Notes under the pieces: generated by a model
Seen by the model: the letters and a program-made list of their open reading frames with translations, nothing else
Database searches by the model: none
Told to the model about the DNA's origin: nothing
Source: a virus
Taxonomy: Duplodnaviria > Caudoviricetes
Virus record (IMG/VR): IMGVR_UViG_3300030433_001901
Coordinates: 1-64,000 of that record
Reading direction: 5' to 3' (one strand)
Length of the DNA: 64,000 nt
Position numbers and translations under genes: made by a program
Part shown: in pieces, positions 47,868 to 56,793 of the stretch
How positions within the stretch are numbered: position 1 is the stretch's first letter
Layout of the letters: every line of letters begins with the position of its first letter

Positions 47868-50800
47868 TCATTGTATATCAATGGAACTGTTCTCAATCGC
47901 GACAACTCCATCGTCTTCAAGACGCGCGGTTTCGCCTTGACTTGTTCGCAGTCGCTTGGTTTTTTTCTTAGTAGCAGGTTTTAATTCATCATCTGTTCGC
48001 GATTGAGGGTCAAAGTCGGGCATAGTATCGTCGCGTATATTTTGTGTTGGTCCTCGCGGTGATTCATCGGGTGTTGCATAATCCATTCCCAACCCTTGAA
48101 CTCCTGTGCTTGTAATCTTCTCTTTACTAATATGTTCAAGACCGCGCTCAATCAACTCCAATCCACGCTTGATAACTTCTTCTTCTTCATCAAGCACCTT
48201 CTTCGGTTTCTTGCTATGACCCGCTGGTGGTTCGGGGTCAACCTCGTCGTATTCGGGTTCTTCTTCATCTCTTTTCAACAACCAAGCGGCTTTCGCACCC
48301 CAATACACTTCTTGGTCGCGTGCTAATTTGACAAGGTAATCGTTGCCCCAAATTGAAGATTGAGGCTCAACAAACCAATGTCCATCTTCTTTTCGTGTTT
48401 TACAAATAACCTCATCATCAAATGCAGGGAATAGAATAGTGATGTTGCCTTTCTTCATATTGACTTGTTGAGGAATATGGTGGTCGCCGCACATAATTGC
48501 AAGAGTTTCAACGCTGTCAGCGGCAAGTGGTTCATTGTCTGTTATCTTAGCAGACCGGATACGATAGACTGGATTATCTTTCTTAGAACTGCTTACACCT
48601 GTGCAACTAACAGTAGCAAAATCTCCAACCTTCAACCCGCGTGGTCCCTTCGCGCTTCCAACATTCATGTAATGTTCATCACCAACTTGCTGTGCGCGCT
48701 TACCGTAATTTTCGGGGTGCATCAATGGACCAACACCAACTGTGTAATTTTTTCCGCTGGCTGATAAAATGACAACATCAACCATTTTTTCTTGAGTTAA
48801 CAATACCCACTTAGGGTGGCGAGGTTCACCTTTCATATATGTAGCGTTAGCATCTCTAAGTAGTATATCCATATCATTTTCTTTTCTCAACCCTTCAACT
48901 GCTGTCTTCAACCCTTCATCATCACTACGCTTTGTGTTGATAGGTTCGGGCATCTTGATGTGTTCGCTGGATTCGTATTGAGCGCGAAGGTGGCGGATAC
49001 GGTCTTTAGTCGGCATGTTATGTGTATCTTCATCACCCGTTTTAAGTAAATCAATTACTGTCATGATACCGTCATGTAATATCGCGTGAACTATGAAATC
49101 TTTTTCATACACTTTGCTTACTTCTTCATTAAACACATCATCTAACTTAACTTCACCATCAACGCTATACGCGCTTATCTTGTTATCTTTCTTAGTAGCA
49201 ATGATGTGTTCACCATGCGGATATAGACTTATTACCCAATCGCCAGTAAAACCGCGCAGATGAGTCATGTCTTCTAAATCAAAAATGCGATGCATGAATT
49301 TGATAGGTTGTGGTTTGCCGTCGTCTTTGATGATGAGGGTGTCGTCAAGCGCGACATCAAGAACATACGACGAGTATCTCATATTATCATCAGTTGACTG
49401 TAATGGTTCGGGTGAAGTAGCCATTGCTTGATTCACCGCTTGCCCCATACGGGTGTTCGGGTTTGGTTCTTGACCTTCGCTAAACTCCGCATAATCACCA
49501 TAATATCTATCCCCTTGTTGAGCCGCAGTCAACGGCTTGAGGGAAGGGTTGACATATCTTCTCAAATTCCGCGGAGCGAACAATCTTTGCTTAGGTAGTG
49601 TATTATAGGCGTGATTACTTTCGTCTTCAAGAAGCAACATACCATCATTTAACGCGTCCGGTCTTGCAACAAACGGCACATTCGTATTTTCACCGTAGTG
49701 GAATTTTTTGTGTGTGCTGGTAAATATAGGAACAACGGGCGCGTGGTCAAAGTTATGACCACCCATAGGAGTCGCTTGTTCACCCGCTGTTGATTTATCA
49801 AGCATATCAGTTTTAGTGTCGCTACTAATCAAACTTGCTATATTTTGAATTGATTTTAACTTATTAAAATTCATAACCTTCTTAGTTTTAGGTGTGATAG
49901 TTTTATCAGTTATATTAGTGCCGCCACTAAAGAACTTCATGTTTTTGAAATCTAAAGCGACATCACTACCCTTTCTTGTTTGTTGGTGAGCATTGTGTAA
50001 TAATCTAAAAATTAAATCGCGCTCTTTGTCAAGACTGATTGTTTTACCGTCTTTATCAAGAATAGTTTGACCGCCACTTCTTAACTGTTCGCGACCATGA
50101 AAAATACCACCTTCGTTATAGACAAAATTATTACCACCCCTCTTAGGTATGTTGAGTATGTCAAACAATCTTTTTCTTTCTGCGCCGCTTATAGGATTAC
50201 CAGCCTCATTGATAGGATAATATCTCGCGGTAAATGCTTGGTTGAAAGTTATACCTTGCTCTTTCGCTGACTCTTTGACATTCTTTATTAGTTCATCAAA
50301 GATTCTTATTTCATCTTCATTAATGTTTTTAGCATCTTGAGCAAAATGTGTTAACGCTCTATACCCTTTTGGTTGAACGCCGCCGAATTTGCTATCAAGT
50401 ATTTGTTTTGCATCTTCGTAGTCGGAACCTTCGTGTGTAGCGCGCATTGCCGATATACCCACTAACTCATCAACTTCTTGTGAAGATAAATCAAATGATG
50501 CTTTTTTATCACCTAAACGGATATTGTCTTCTCCTGTGAATAATTTTTTTCTCGCATCGGGCGACATTGTAAGTATTTGTTCTGCGAGTTTTAATGTATA
50601 TGCAGTAGCCGCGTGCGCTTCGCGATTGTCTTTAGCAAATATGTTAGGGTATATTTTTTCAATCGCTGGGCGTAATGCTTTGAATATTTTTTCAACACCT
50701 AAGATAGTGTCAATATGATTCTGTATATGGTCTTCATCATTCTTTATTGAAGATTTGAAAGAAGGTTCGCGTTGCGCGATTTCACGGAGTTGTTGCATTC

Positions 50801-53800
50801 TTTTCTCAATAACATCTTGAAGAATCTCATCACCTGCATTACGAGCAATCTGTAAAGATTTACCTAACATTGCTTCATGTTGAGATATAAGCGAAGCAGG
50901 GCTTGGTCCGACAACAATCGCGGATAATTTATTTTCATCTTCGTCGTGCATATATCCAACAACATCTTCTTCGGAGTTCAACATATCTTCTATCCGTTGT
51001 TGGATAGTAGCCATCTTGTCAACATCATCATTTTCGCGCGCTTGTTGATATTCGTGGTCGCGATTTTTAATCTCTTGAATTAATCTATTTCTTGATTTAA
51101 TTCCTTTTACTTGATGGTCGGGTAGTTCATAGGGTTTGTCAAAACTCATTAAATGGTTGAGGTTGTTATCAAAATCTTCTTTTTTGTATAGCGCAAGCCT
51201 TGATGGTTCTTCAACACCTTCCAGTATTTCTTTAACCATATCTTCGCCTGTTCTTCCACCATAACCGATTATATCTTTGTGTGAACCATTCTTGAGTATG
51301 TTTAGTCTTTCTCCTTTTTTCGCGTTGAGAATCGCTATAAGCAAATCAAGCGATTCATCATCATGAATGTGTTGCGCATGGTGCGAGCCAAGTAAAAGCG
51401 CGTCTATCGCCATTCTAAGTTCATTGGTAATATTACTTTTCTTAGTTCCAAATTGTCTTACTGTATCTTTCTTTTCTTTACGATAACCGGGCATTTGATT
51501 TCTGTCAAGCATTCTTCTGCGGCCTTTTGTTTCACTATTTATTCTTTCTTTTTGCGCGGTGTATCTTGGTGTTTTTAACGAGGCTTCTGTGCTATGAACG
51601 GGTTTGTTATCATTACTCAAAAACCCAACATGACTTCTTAGAAGTAAATTCAAAGCATCGCTGTGAGCCATCATAAAAGAATTCATACCTAATGATGATG
51701 GACTTCTAAGTTGCGGCATACCTTTGGTGTATGCGTCTATACCTTCAAAACCTCTTATCGGGTCATCTCCTTCTTCTTTTCTTTTTTCATTTGAGTAAGG
51801 GTTGATGATTTCATTAACGATGTCGTCTGTGGTCTTTACTTTTCGCGGAACATCAAGACTAACCACTTCACCATTTCTAAAACGCGCAAGTATGTCATCT
51901 TTATTATCAACATTATATTTCTCCATCGCTGTCAACAAATCTTGTTCAACCTGCCCCTCATCATTTTCTTTTTTAGGGTCAAAAACATCTTGTTGTTCAA
52001 CCGACTTTGCTTTACCCCCACCTTCTTTTAAGCCCCTACTTGGTATCATAAACGCTTTTTCGGGCAACTCAACGCGGAAGATATTAGGGAAGGCATTATC
52101 GTAAGCAACACCAAAGTCACCGGATTCACCACCAGCACTACCTCTTTTGGTGCCGACACCTTCCATTAAAATACCCAATGGAGTTAAATTTACTTCGGGT
52201 TTATCAAGCATACTAAACTCCCCATCAACATTATGACTATGAGTATATCCAGCAACAGTTTCGCGAATACTATCTGCGTATTCACTTTGTCCAACAAGAT
52301 TCGCGCTTACTTTTATTATGTCTTTCAATTCTTCTTCTTCAAAGAAATTATGACTAACTAAACTTTTCATGTCGCGAGGTTCAAAGTCGGGCGACATGTA
52401 AATGAAAGAACCATATTCACTATGGTCAATATGTGGATATAAGCCACCATCATCTATTATTTCAGCATTGGTTTTATCAGCGTATTTCTCCACCATGGTT
52501 TTCATGTCAAAACCCGCCAGTGCTGATTGAAGAGTATCAGCGTCAATATTAGACCAATTATTTCTTTCAAACTTTTTTGTCAAATCTTGTTCTCTTTGAG
52601 CCATTTGCTTCTTCATTTCTGCTCTCCCTTTAGCAGTAAAACGATTAGGTAATATATGACTCATGCCATTTTTCAAGGGATTACCAGCGTATAACTCATT
52701 AAGCATATTATCTATCATGAACGCGTGGTTAGCCATATATCCTCTCGCGTCGGGTCCAAGAATATCTTTAATCACATCATCATTACCAACTGTCCCATCA
52801 TCTTTCATACCACCGTTGGTTGTTAAAAGCCATTTTTTAATTTTGTAAATATCATCATAGGGGAGTAAAGCAATACCATATCGCCAAGCATCATCGCCAA
52901 CAATACCATGATTTTCTTCACCTTCCATTGGTCTTGACCGTCTTTTTCTTTTAGCGTCAGCAATAGCGCGTAATTGTTCAACAGGCGTTGTATCACCTTC
53001 GTCCGAAAACCTACGAGGGAATCCTCCGTCATTGTATAATATGTCAAACACTTGCTGGCGCGATACACCTTCATTCTCCCAAAACTTTTGTCTTAAAAAC
53101 AACTCATTTAATTGCGCATGTGATAATACAGGGTGCGCGTGTCCAAACTTTTTAGCAAACGATTCTTTGAAATCTTCTAACCCACGGTTGAATATTTTTA
53201 GAATAGAAGCATTATTACCTCTCCAATCACTAAAATGATGTATTTGTTTCAAGACAGGGTGCAAACCCTTTGCTGTCTTCACCATCGCGTCGTGTAGTCT
53301 TTCAGCATTTGCTCCGTTATTACTGTAAAGAAATCTTGCTAATTGTTGCCATAACGGTTTCTCATTGTAAGAAATTTCACCTGCGCGTGGAGGGTGAAGA
53401 CCTAATGTTTTGAATTTAGAATGATTGCCGATAATTTCATCGGAACTAAAATCTCTTAGGTTTGGAATACTATCTTCAAAACGGAAGCCTACTAATTTTC
53501 TAACCATCTTGTCAATTTCATCTTCGTTTAGATTCTCATTAGCCTCGCTCCATTTATCGCTATTGAACAACTGTCGTGGCTTGTGGTGTCGCTGGGGTGC
53601 AGGTTCAGCCCTTGTTTCACCACCGGAGAAAATTCTCTCCATACCTTTTTCAGTTGGGGTTTTTATTTGTAATTGTGGTCCTTTGAGGAAGTTTTCTGCT
53701 TCTTCTCTAAACGGTATATGTAAATACCCATGATTCTCTAAGTTATTCGCACTTAGTAAAACATTAACTGCTTCGTCGCGAGCATCTTGTTTGTTGATAA

Positions 53801-53858
53801 TTGCTTGCGCAAAATCATTTACCACGCGTTGATGATATTGAAAAGCATCTTCGCGCAC
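47868..53858 (-). CDS. 1996-aa head-module protein with C-terminal ATP-dependent DNA ligase-like (adenylation + OB) domain, apparently inactive
   Basis: WVISLYPHGEH, VIDLL...KDRIRHL, LLRDANATYMKG..HPKW, DVVIL...NVGS; both catalytic Lys positions are substituted. Confidence 0.7.
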   Translation of the reverse strand: MREDAFQYHQRVVNDFAQAIINKQDARDEAVNVLLSANNLENHGYLHIPFREEAENFLKGPQLQIKTPTEKGMERIFSGGETRAEPAPQRHHKPRQLFNSDKWSEANENLNEDEIDKMVRKLVGFRFEDSIPNLRDFSSDEIIGNHSKFKTLGLHPPRAGEISYNEKPLWQQLARFLYSNNGANAERLHDAMVKTAKGLHPVLKQIHHFSDWRGNNASILKIFNRGLEDFKESFAKKFGHAHPVLSHAQLNELFLRQKFWENEGVSRQQVFDILYNDGGFPRRFSDEGDTTPVEQLRAIADAKRKRRSRPMEGEENHGIVGDDAWRYGIALLPYDDIYKIKKWLLTTNGGMKDDGTVGNDDVIKDILGPDARGYMANHAFMIDNMLNELYAGNPLKNGMSHILPNRFTAKGRAEMKKQMAQREQDLTKKFERNNWSNIDADTLQSALAGFDMKTMVEKYADKTNAEIIDDGGLYPHIDHSEYGSFIYMSPDFEPRDMKSLVSHNFFEEEELKDIIKVSANLVGQSEYADSIRETVAGYTHSHNVDGEFSMLDKPEVNLTPLGILMEGVGTKRGSAGGESGDFGVAYDNAFPNIFRVELPEKAFMIPSRGLKEGGGKAKSVEQQDVFDPKKENDEGQVEQDLLTAMEKYNVDNKDDILARFRNGEVVSLDVPRKVKTTDDIVNEIINPYSNEKRKEEGDDPIRGFEGIDAYTKGMPQLRSPSSLGMNSFMMAHSDALNLLLRSHVGFLSNDNKPVHSTEASLKTPRYTAQKERINSETKGRRRMLDRNQMPGYRKEKKDTVRQFGTKKSNITNELRMAIDALLLGSHHAQHIHDDESLDLLIAILNAKKGERLNILKNGSHKDIIGYGGRTGEDMVKEILEGVEEPSRLALYKKEDFDNNLNHLMSFDKPYELPDHQVKGIKSRNRLIQEIKNRDHEYQQARENDDVDKMATIQQRIEDMLNSEEDVVGYMHDEDENKLSAIVVGPSPASLISQHEAMLGKSLQIARNAGDEILQDVIEKRMQQLREIAQREPSFKSSIKNDEDHIQNHIDTILGVEKIFKALRPAIEKIYPNIFAKDNREAHAATAYTLKLAEQILTMSPDARKKLFTGEDNIRLGDKKASFDLSSQEVDELVGISAMRATHEGSDYEDAKQILDSKFGGVQPKGYRALTHFAQDAKNINEDEIRIFDELIKNVKESAKEQGITFNQAFTARYYPINEAGNPISGAERKRLFDILNIPKRGGNNFVYNEGGIFHGREQLRSGGQTILDKDGKTISLDKERDLIFRLLHNAHQQTRKGSDVALDFKNMKFFSGGTNITDKTITPKTKKVMNFNKLKSIQNIASLISSDTKTDMLDKSTAGEQATPMGGHNFDHAPVVPIFTSTHKKFHYGENTNVPFVARPDALNDGMLLLEDESNHAYNTLPKQRLFAPRNLRRYVNPSLKPLTAAQQGDRYYGDYAEFSEGQEPNPNTRMGQAVNQAMATSPEPLQSTDDNMRYSSYVLDVALDDTLIIKDDGKPQPIKFMHRIFDLEDMTHLRGFTGDWVISLYPHGEHIIATKKDNKISAYSVDGEVKLDDVFNEEVSKVYEKDFIVHAILHDGIMTVIDLLKTGDEDTHNMPTKDRIRHLRAQYESSEHIKMPEPINTKRSDDEGLKTAVEGLRKENDMDILLRDANATYMKGEPRHPKWVLLTQEKMVDVVILSASGKNYTVGVGPLMHPENYGKRAQQVGDEHYMNVGSAKGPRGLKVGDFATVSCTGVSSSKKDNPVYRIRSAKITDNEPLAADSVETLAIMCGDHHIPQQVNMKKGNITILFPAFDDEVICKTRKEDGHWFVEPQSSIWGNDYLVKLARDQEVYWGAKAAWLLKRDEEEPEYDEVDPEPPAGHSKKPKKVLDEEEEVIKRGLELIERGLEHISKEKITSTGVQGLGMDYATPDESPRGPTQNIRDDTMPDFDPQSRTDDELKPATKKKTKRLRTSQGETARLEDDGVVAIENSSIDIQ

Positions 53859-53869
53859 ACTTCATCACC

Positions 53870-54226
53870 TCATAGATAGTCTGTGAGGTTGTATGCTGAT
53901 TCGGGGTTTTTGTCCGATGGGTCGCCCTTTTTGTTTTCTCGCGCCTCAAGTGGATATGGATAACCAATAGGAGTTAAATTGACATTCTCCGTTTTTGGTT
54001 TTGTCTTAGCGACATCTTTGACTTCTATGCGTCGCTGGTTAGTGTCATAGTATCCAGTCTTAACGGGTTTGTCTTTACCTGTGACATTCACAAACAAATC
54101 ACCATGCTCCGAACCAAACTTATCAGTTTCTTTTTGTTCTGCCTTTTCCATCAATTTGTTGGCTTTCTCAAGTAAATCGTCAACATCGGGCGCAAGTTGC
54201 CCTGCTTCAACTTTTATTGGTTTCAT
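53870..54226 (-). CDS. Small head-assembly protein (putative)
   Basis: Between portal and protease; LLEKA and LMEKA sites. Confidence 0.6.
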   Translation of the reverse strand: MKPIKVEAGQLAPDVDDLLEKANKLMEKAEQKETDKFGSEHGDLFVNVTGKDKPVKTGYYDTNQRRIEVKDVAKTKPKTENVNLTPIGYPYPLEARENKKGDPSDKNPESAYNLTDYL

Positions 54227-54573
54227 TGGTCAATCCTCCTTCCTTCTGCTTGCGCGGCTGTATCAGCCATCGCGTGGATTTCCTCCCAAGACATTTCATG
54301 CCATGCTTCGTTTGATTCCGGCATACTCATACCCGCTTCATCAATAGCGGCGGCGGCTTTGCTGATAACAGAATCGCGGTCGCCACGGAGAGGGTCGCCC
54401 CATACATCTTCATTAGCAGGGGTGTTGGCCTTTACAAAACCAGCGCGTTTTAGCAACATCTCCGGTGTGTCTATACTTTTGCGCATAGCGTTAATTTCAG
54501 CGTCCATAGACTCCATTTTAGTGATAAGAGCCTTCATCAGCACCATTGCATCGGTGTCTTCAGCCACGCTCAC
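54223..54573 (-). CDS. Small scaffold-like protein
   Basis: Coiled coil; C-terminal MSWEEIH resembles the scaffold end MTWDDVH. Confidence 0.65.
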   Translation of the reverse strand: MSVAEDTDAMVLMKALITKMESMDAEINAMRKSIDTPEMLLKRAGFVKANTPANEDVWGDPLRGDRDSVISKAAAAIDEAGMSMPESNEAWHEMSWEEIHAMADTAAQAEGRRIDQ

Positions 54574-54911
54574 ACCTGTCCTTGTTTCTTGAAATATCCA
54601 CCAATTCTGTCCGGTCCAATGTAGCCCATTGGTCTATCACCGGATTTCGCGATAACTCCTTGTGTGCTGTTGAACTGTGCAACAGGGAAGCCACCAGCAA
54701 ATCTATCATTAACACCAAGAACTTTATCTCCACCGTTTTCGGATTTGTAAATCGCGGTGACATCATCAGCAAGATAATCACTTGTTGATTGTATGCTTCT
54801 TAAGAATTGTTCGGCTGATACTAAGTCATTATTCGCGAGCGCAACCTTGAATTCTGCTACCGCAGTTTCTAATTTGCGAACTATCGGGTCCATCTTTGCT
54901 AATAGGCTCAT
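54570..54911 (-). CDS. Small head-assembly protein (putative)
   Basis: The ATG at 54911 avoids overlap with the portal gene; helical; IYKS and IAKS sites. Confidence 0.6.
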   Translation of the reverse strand: MSLLAKMDPIVRKLETAVAEFKVALANNDLVSAEQFLRSIQSTSDYLADDVTAIYKSENGGDKVLGVNDRFAGGFPVAQFNSTQGVIAKSGDRPMGYIGPDRIGGYFKKQGQV

Positions 54912-54948
54912 GCGGTGGACGAGGCGCGGGTAAGTCTTTAACTTATCC

Positions 54949-56793
54949 CTAAAAACCACTTTCTTTTTCTTTATTAGTTGGGTCTTTCGCGGCTTGAACA
55001 CTATCAAGTGCTTGCTCTAACGGTGTCTTCTTAGCACCGCGCTGATTTTTCTTAGTGGAAGGTGCGCCGGATTGATGAGTTTCGGAACTAATAGGTGCAG
55101 GGCCGCGGTCGCGTTGACCTGTTCCTTCACCTAACCCGATTGCTTTCTCCATCATCATGATTTGTCCACCTCCGGCTGGGGACGCTCCCCCTGTCGGTGG
55201 AGAAGCCCCTACCCCCGACGGCATCATCGCGCCCCCACCCTGTGGAGGTATGCCACCGCCCCCCGGCGGCATTGGTGGAGCCATACCGCCACCCGGCGGC
55301 ATACCGCCTCCCGGTGGCATTGCACCGCCCATCGCGCCACCTTGCTGTTGCATCATGGCTTCTTGTGGGTCGGGTTTCTTATAGACAAAGCGTATATCGC
55401 GACCTGCATCTTCTGTTAATTCCGGTTGGAATCCAAGTGCTTGCATACGCTGTGCGATGTTAACTTCTTGTTCATCGCGGCGAAGTCGTGTGATTTCATC
55501 TTCTTCTTCGTTTGGATATAGTGTCAAGCACCAATCTTCAACACCCATTTGGTCTAACATTCTTGGGAATAATTCGCGTGAATATAATTTTTGACCGGAC
55601 TCAACTGCTCGGTTTGTTACAAGGATTTGCATACCTTCATTGTTCAAACCACCGGATTTACCAGCGTCCATCATGAAAACATTAGATACACCATAGAAAG
55701 CCGCGATGCGCATTCTTATCTCATCACGGACTTGCGCGTATTGCATTTCATCAAGGCTATCCATGAAGCGAACAAACTCAACTTTACCACGACCCGATGA
55801 AGATTCAACACCAACCTTTGGTATGTAGTGTGGGTCGCGCTCCATCTTTTCTTCCGCACCTTTCCAAAATGATGCAGTTGATTGAATATTGTCAGTAGTA
55901 ATAGCGAGAACACCACGCGGTATTCTTCGCTTTTGGTATGCGAGATAAATATAATTGTCCATAGCAGTAAGTGATTGCGCTTGCCTCCACATACTCGCGA
56001 CAGGTGAACGCCCGTAAAGTTTTGATGGATTGAATTTTGATAAATGCAACACTTCACCGTCAAGATAGTATTGTGTTTTACCACTACCTGCTGTGTTGAT
56101 ATAATGAACATCTTGGAGAGGAAGGGAGCATACATCACACTTGCTATGGTCGCCGTTGTGTGGGTATGTTTTATCACGATGGACAGGGCATAACAAATAT
56201 CTGCCTCCGCGCTTACCCGCTTTATCTGCTACAATACGCATGAATGTTGGGTCGCCACGCACTAATTCTTTAACTCGGAAAAACTCAATCTCACCACTTT
56301 TTGGGTCAATAAAGTATTCTTTGATGAGTAGTAAAAACGCATCATCAACAATATCTAAATCCCATTCAATCTCTTTCATCACTTCAATGAATGATTGGTC
56401 CATGCTGTTGCGTTGCTTTAATAGCCAGCGCGGATATAATATTTGGTCAGCATCGGGGCTGTCAAATTCTTCATTACCACAGATACGGCATTCATCAACT
56501 GTGTCGTGTTGATATTCTTCTTGACAATTAGTGCATTTCTTGTGAAATTTTTTCTCCCAATAATAACCGCGACGGAATATTTCTTGACATAAAGTGTTGA
56601 TTGTTGTTCTCAAAATTATTGACTCTTGAACTGTTGCGTAAAGAGCGGGAATTGATACACCTTGAACTAAAACAGGCTCTTGAATACCAGTTTTCCAAAG
56701 AGGCATTTGTGGTTCGGGCGTTGTGCGCCGACTAAACGGCTTCGTTAATCTTGACAAAAAACGACCCACTAAGCCTTTTTCCTCTACCATCAT
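54949..56793 (-). CDS. Portal protein with two Zn-ribbon insertions and a Gly/Pro/Met-rich tail
   Basis: DLDIVDDAFL, EVLHL...LYGRSP, IPRGVL, IAAFYGVS...GGLN portal pattern. Confidence 0.85.
   Translation of the reverse strand: MMVEEKGLVGRFLSRLTKPFSRRTTPEPQMPLWKTGIQEPVLVQGVSIPALYATVQESIILRTTINTLCQEIFRRGYYWEKKFHKKCTNCQEEYQHDTVDECRICGNEEFDSPDADQILYPRWLLKQRNSMDQSFIEVMKEIEWDLDIVDDAFLLLIKEYFIDPKSGEIEFFRVKELVRGDPTFMRIVADKAGKRGGRYLLCPVHRDKTYPHNGDHSKCDVCSLPLQDVHYINTAGSGKTQYYLDGEVLHLSKFNPSKLYGRSPVASMWRQAQSLTAMDNYIYLAYQKRRIPRGVLAITTDNIQSTASFWKGAEEKMERDPHYIPKVGVESSSGRGKVEFVRFMDSLDEMQYAQVRDEIRMRIAAFYGVSNVFMMDAGKSGGLNNEGMQILVTNRAVESGQKLYSRELFPRMLDQMGVEDWCLTLYPNEEEDEITRLRRDEQEVNIAQRMQALGFQPELTEDAGRDIRFVYKKPDPQEAMMQQQGGAMGGAMPPGGGMPPGGGMAPPMPPGGGGIPPQGGGAMMPSGVGASPPTGGASPAGGGQIMMMEKAIGLGEGTGQRDRGPAPISSETHQSGAPSTKKNQRGAKKTPLEQALDSVQAAKDPTNKEKESGF

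Noticed and set aside
47868-53858. Active DNA ligase, or virion RNA polymerase
   Set aside because: Ligase catalytic lysines are missing, and I found no DxDGD or other polymerase motif in the central region.
55157-55384. GC-rich repeat as a separate + strand gene or regulatory element
   Set aside because: Explained by the Gly/Pro/Met low-complexity tail of the portal on the - strand.
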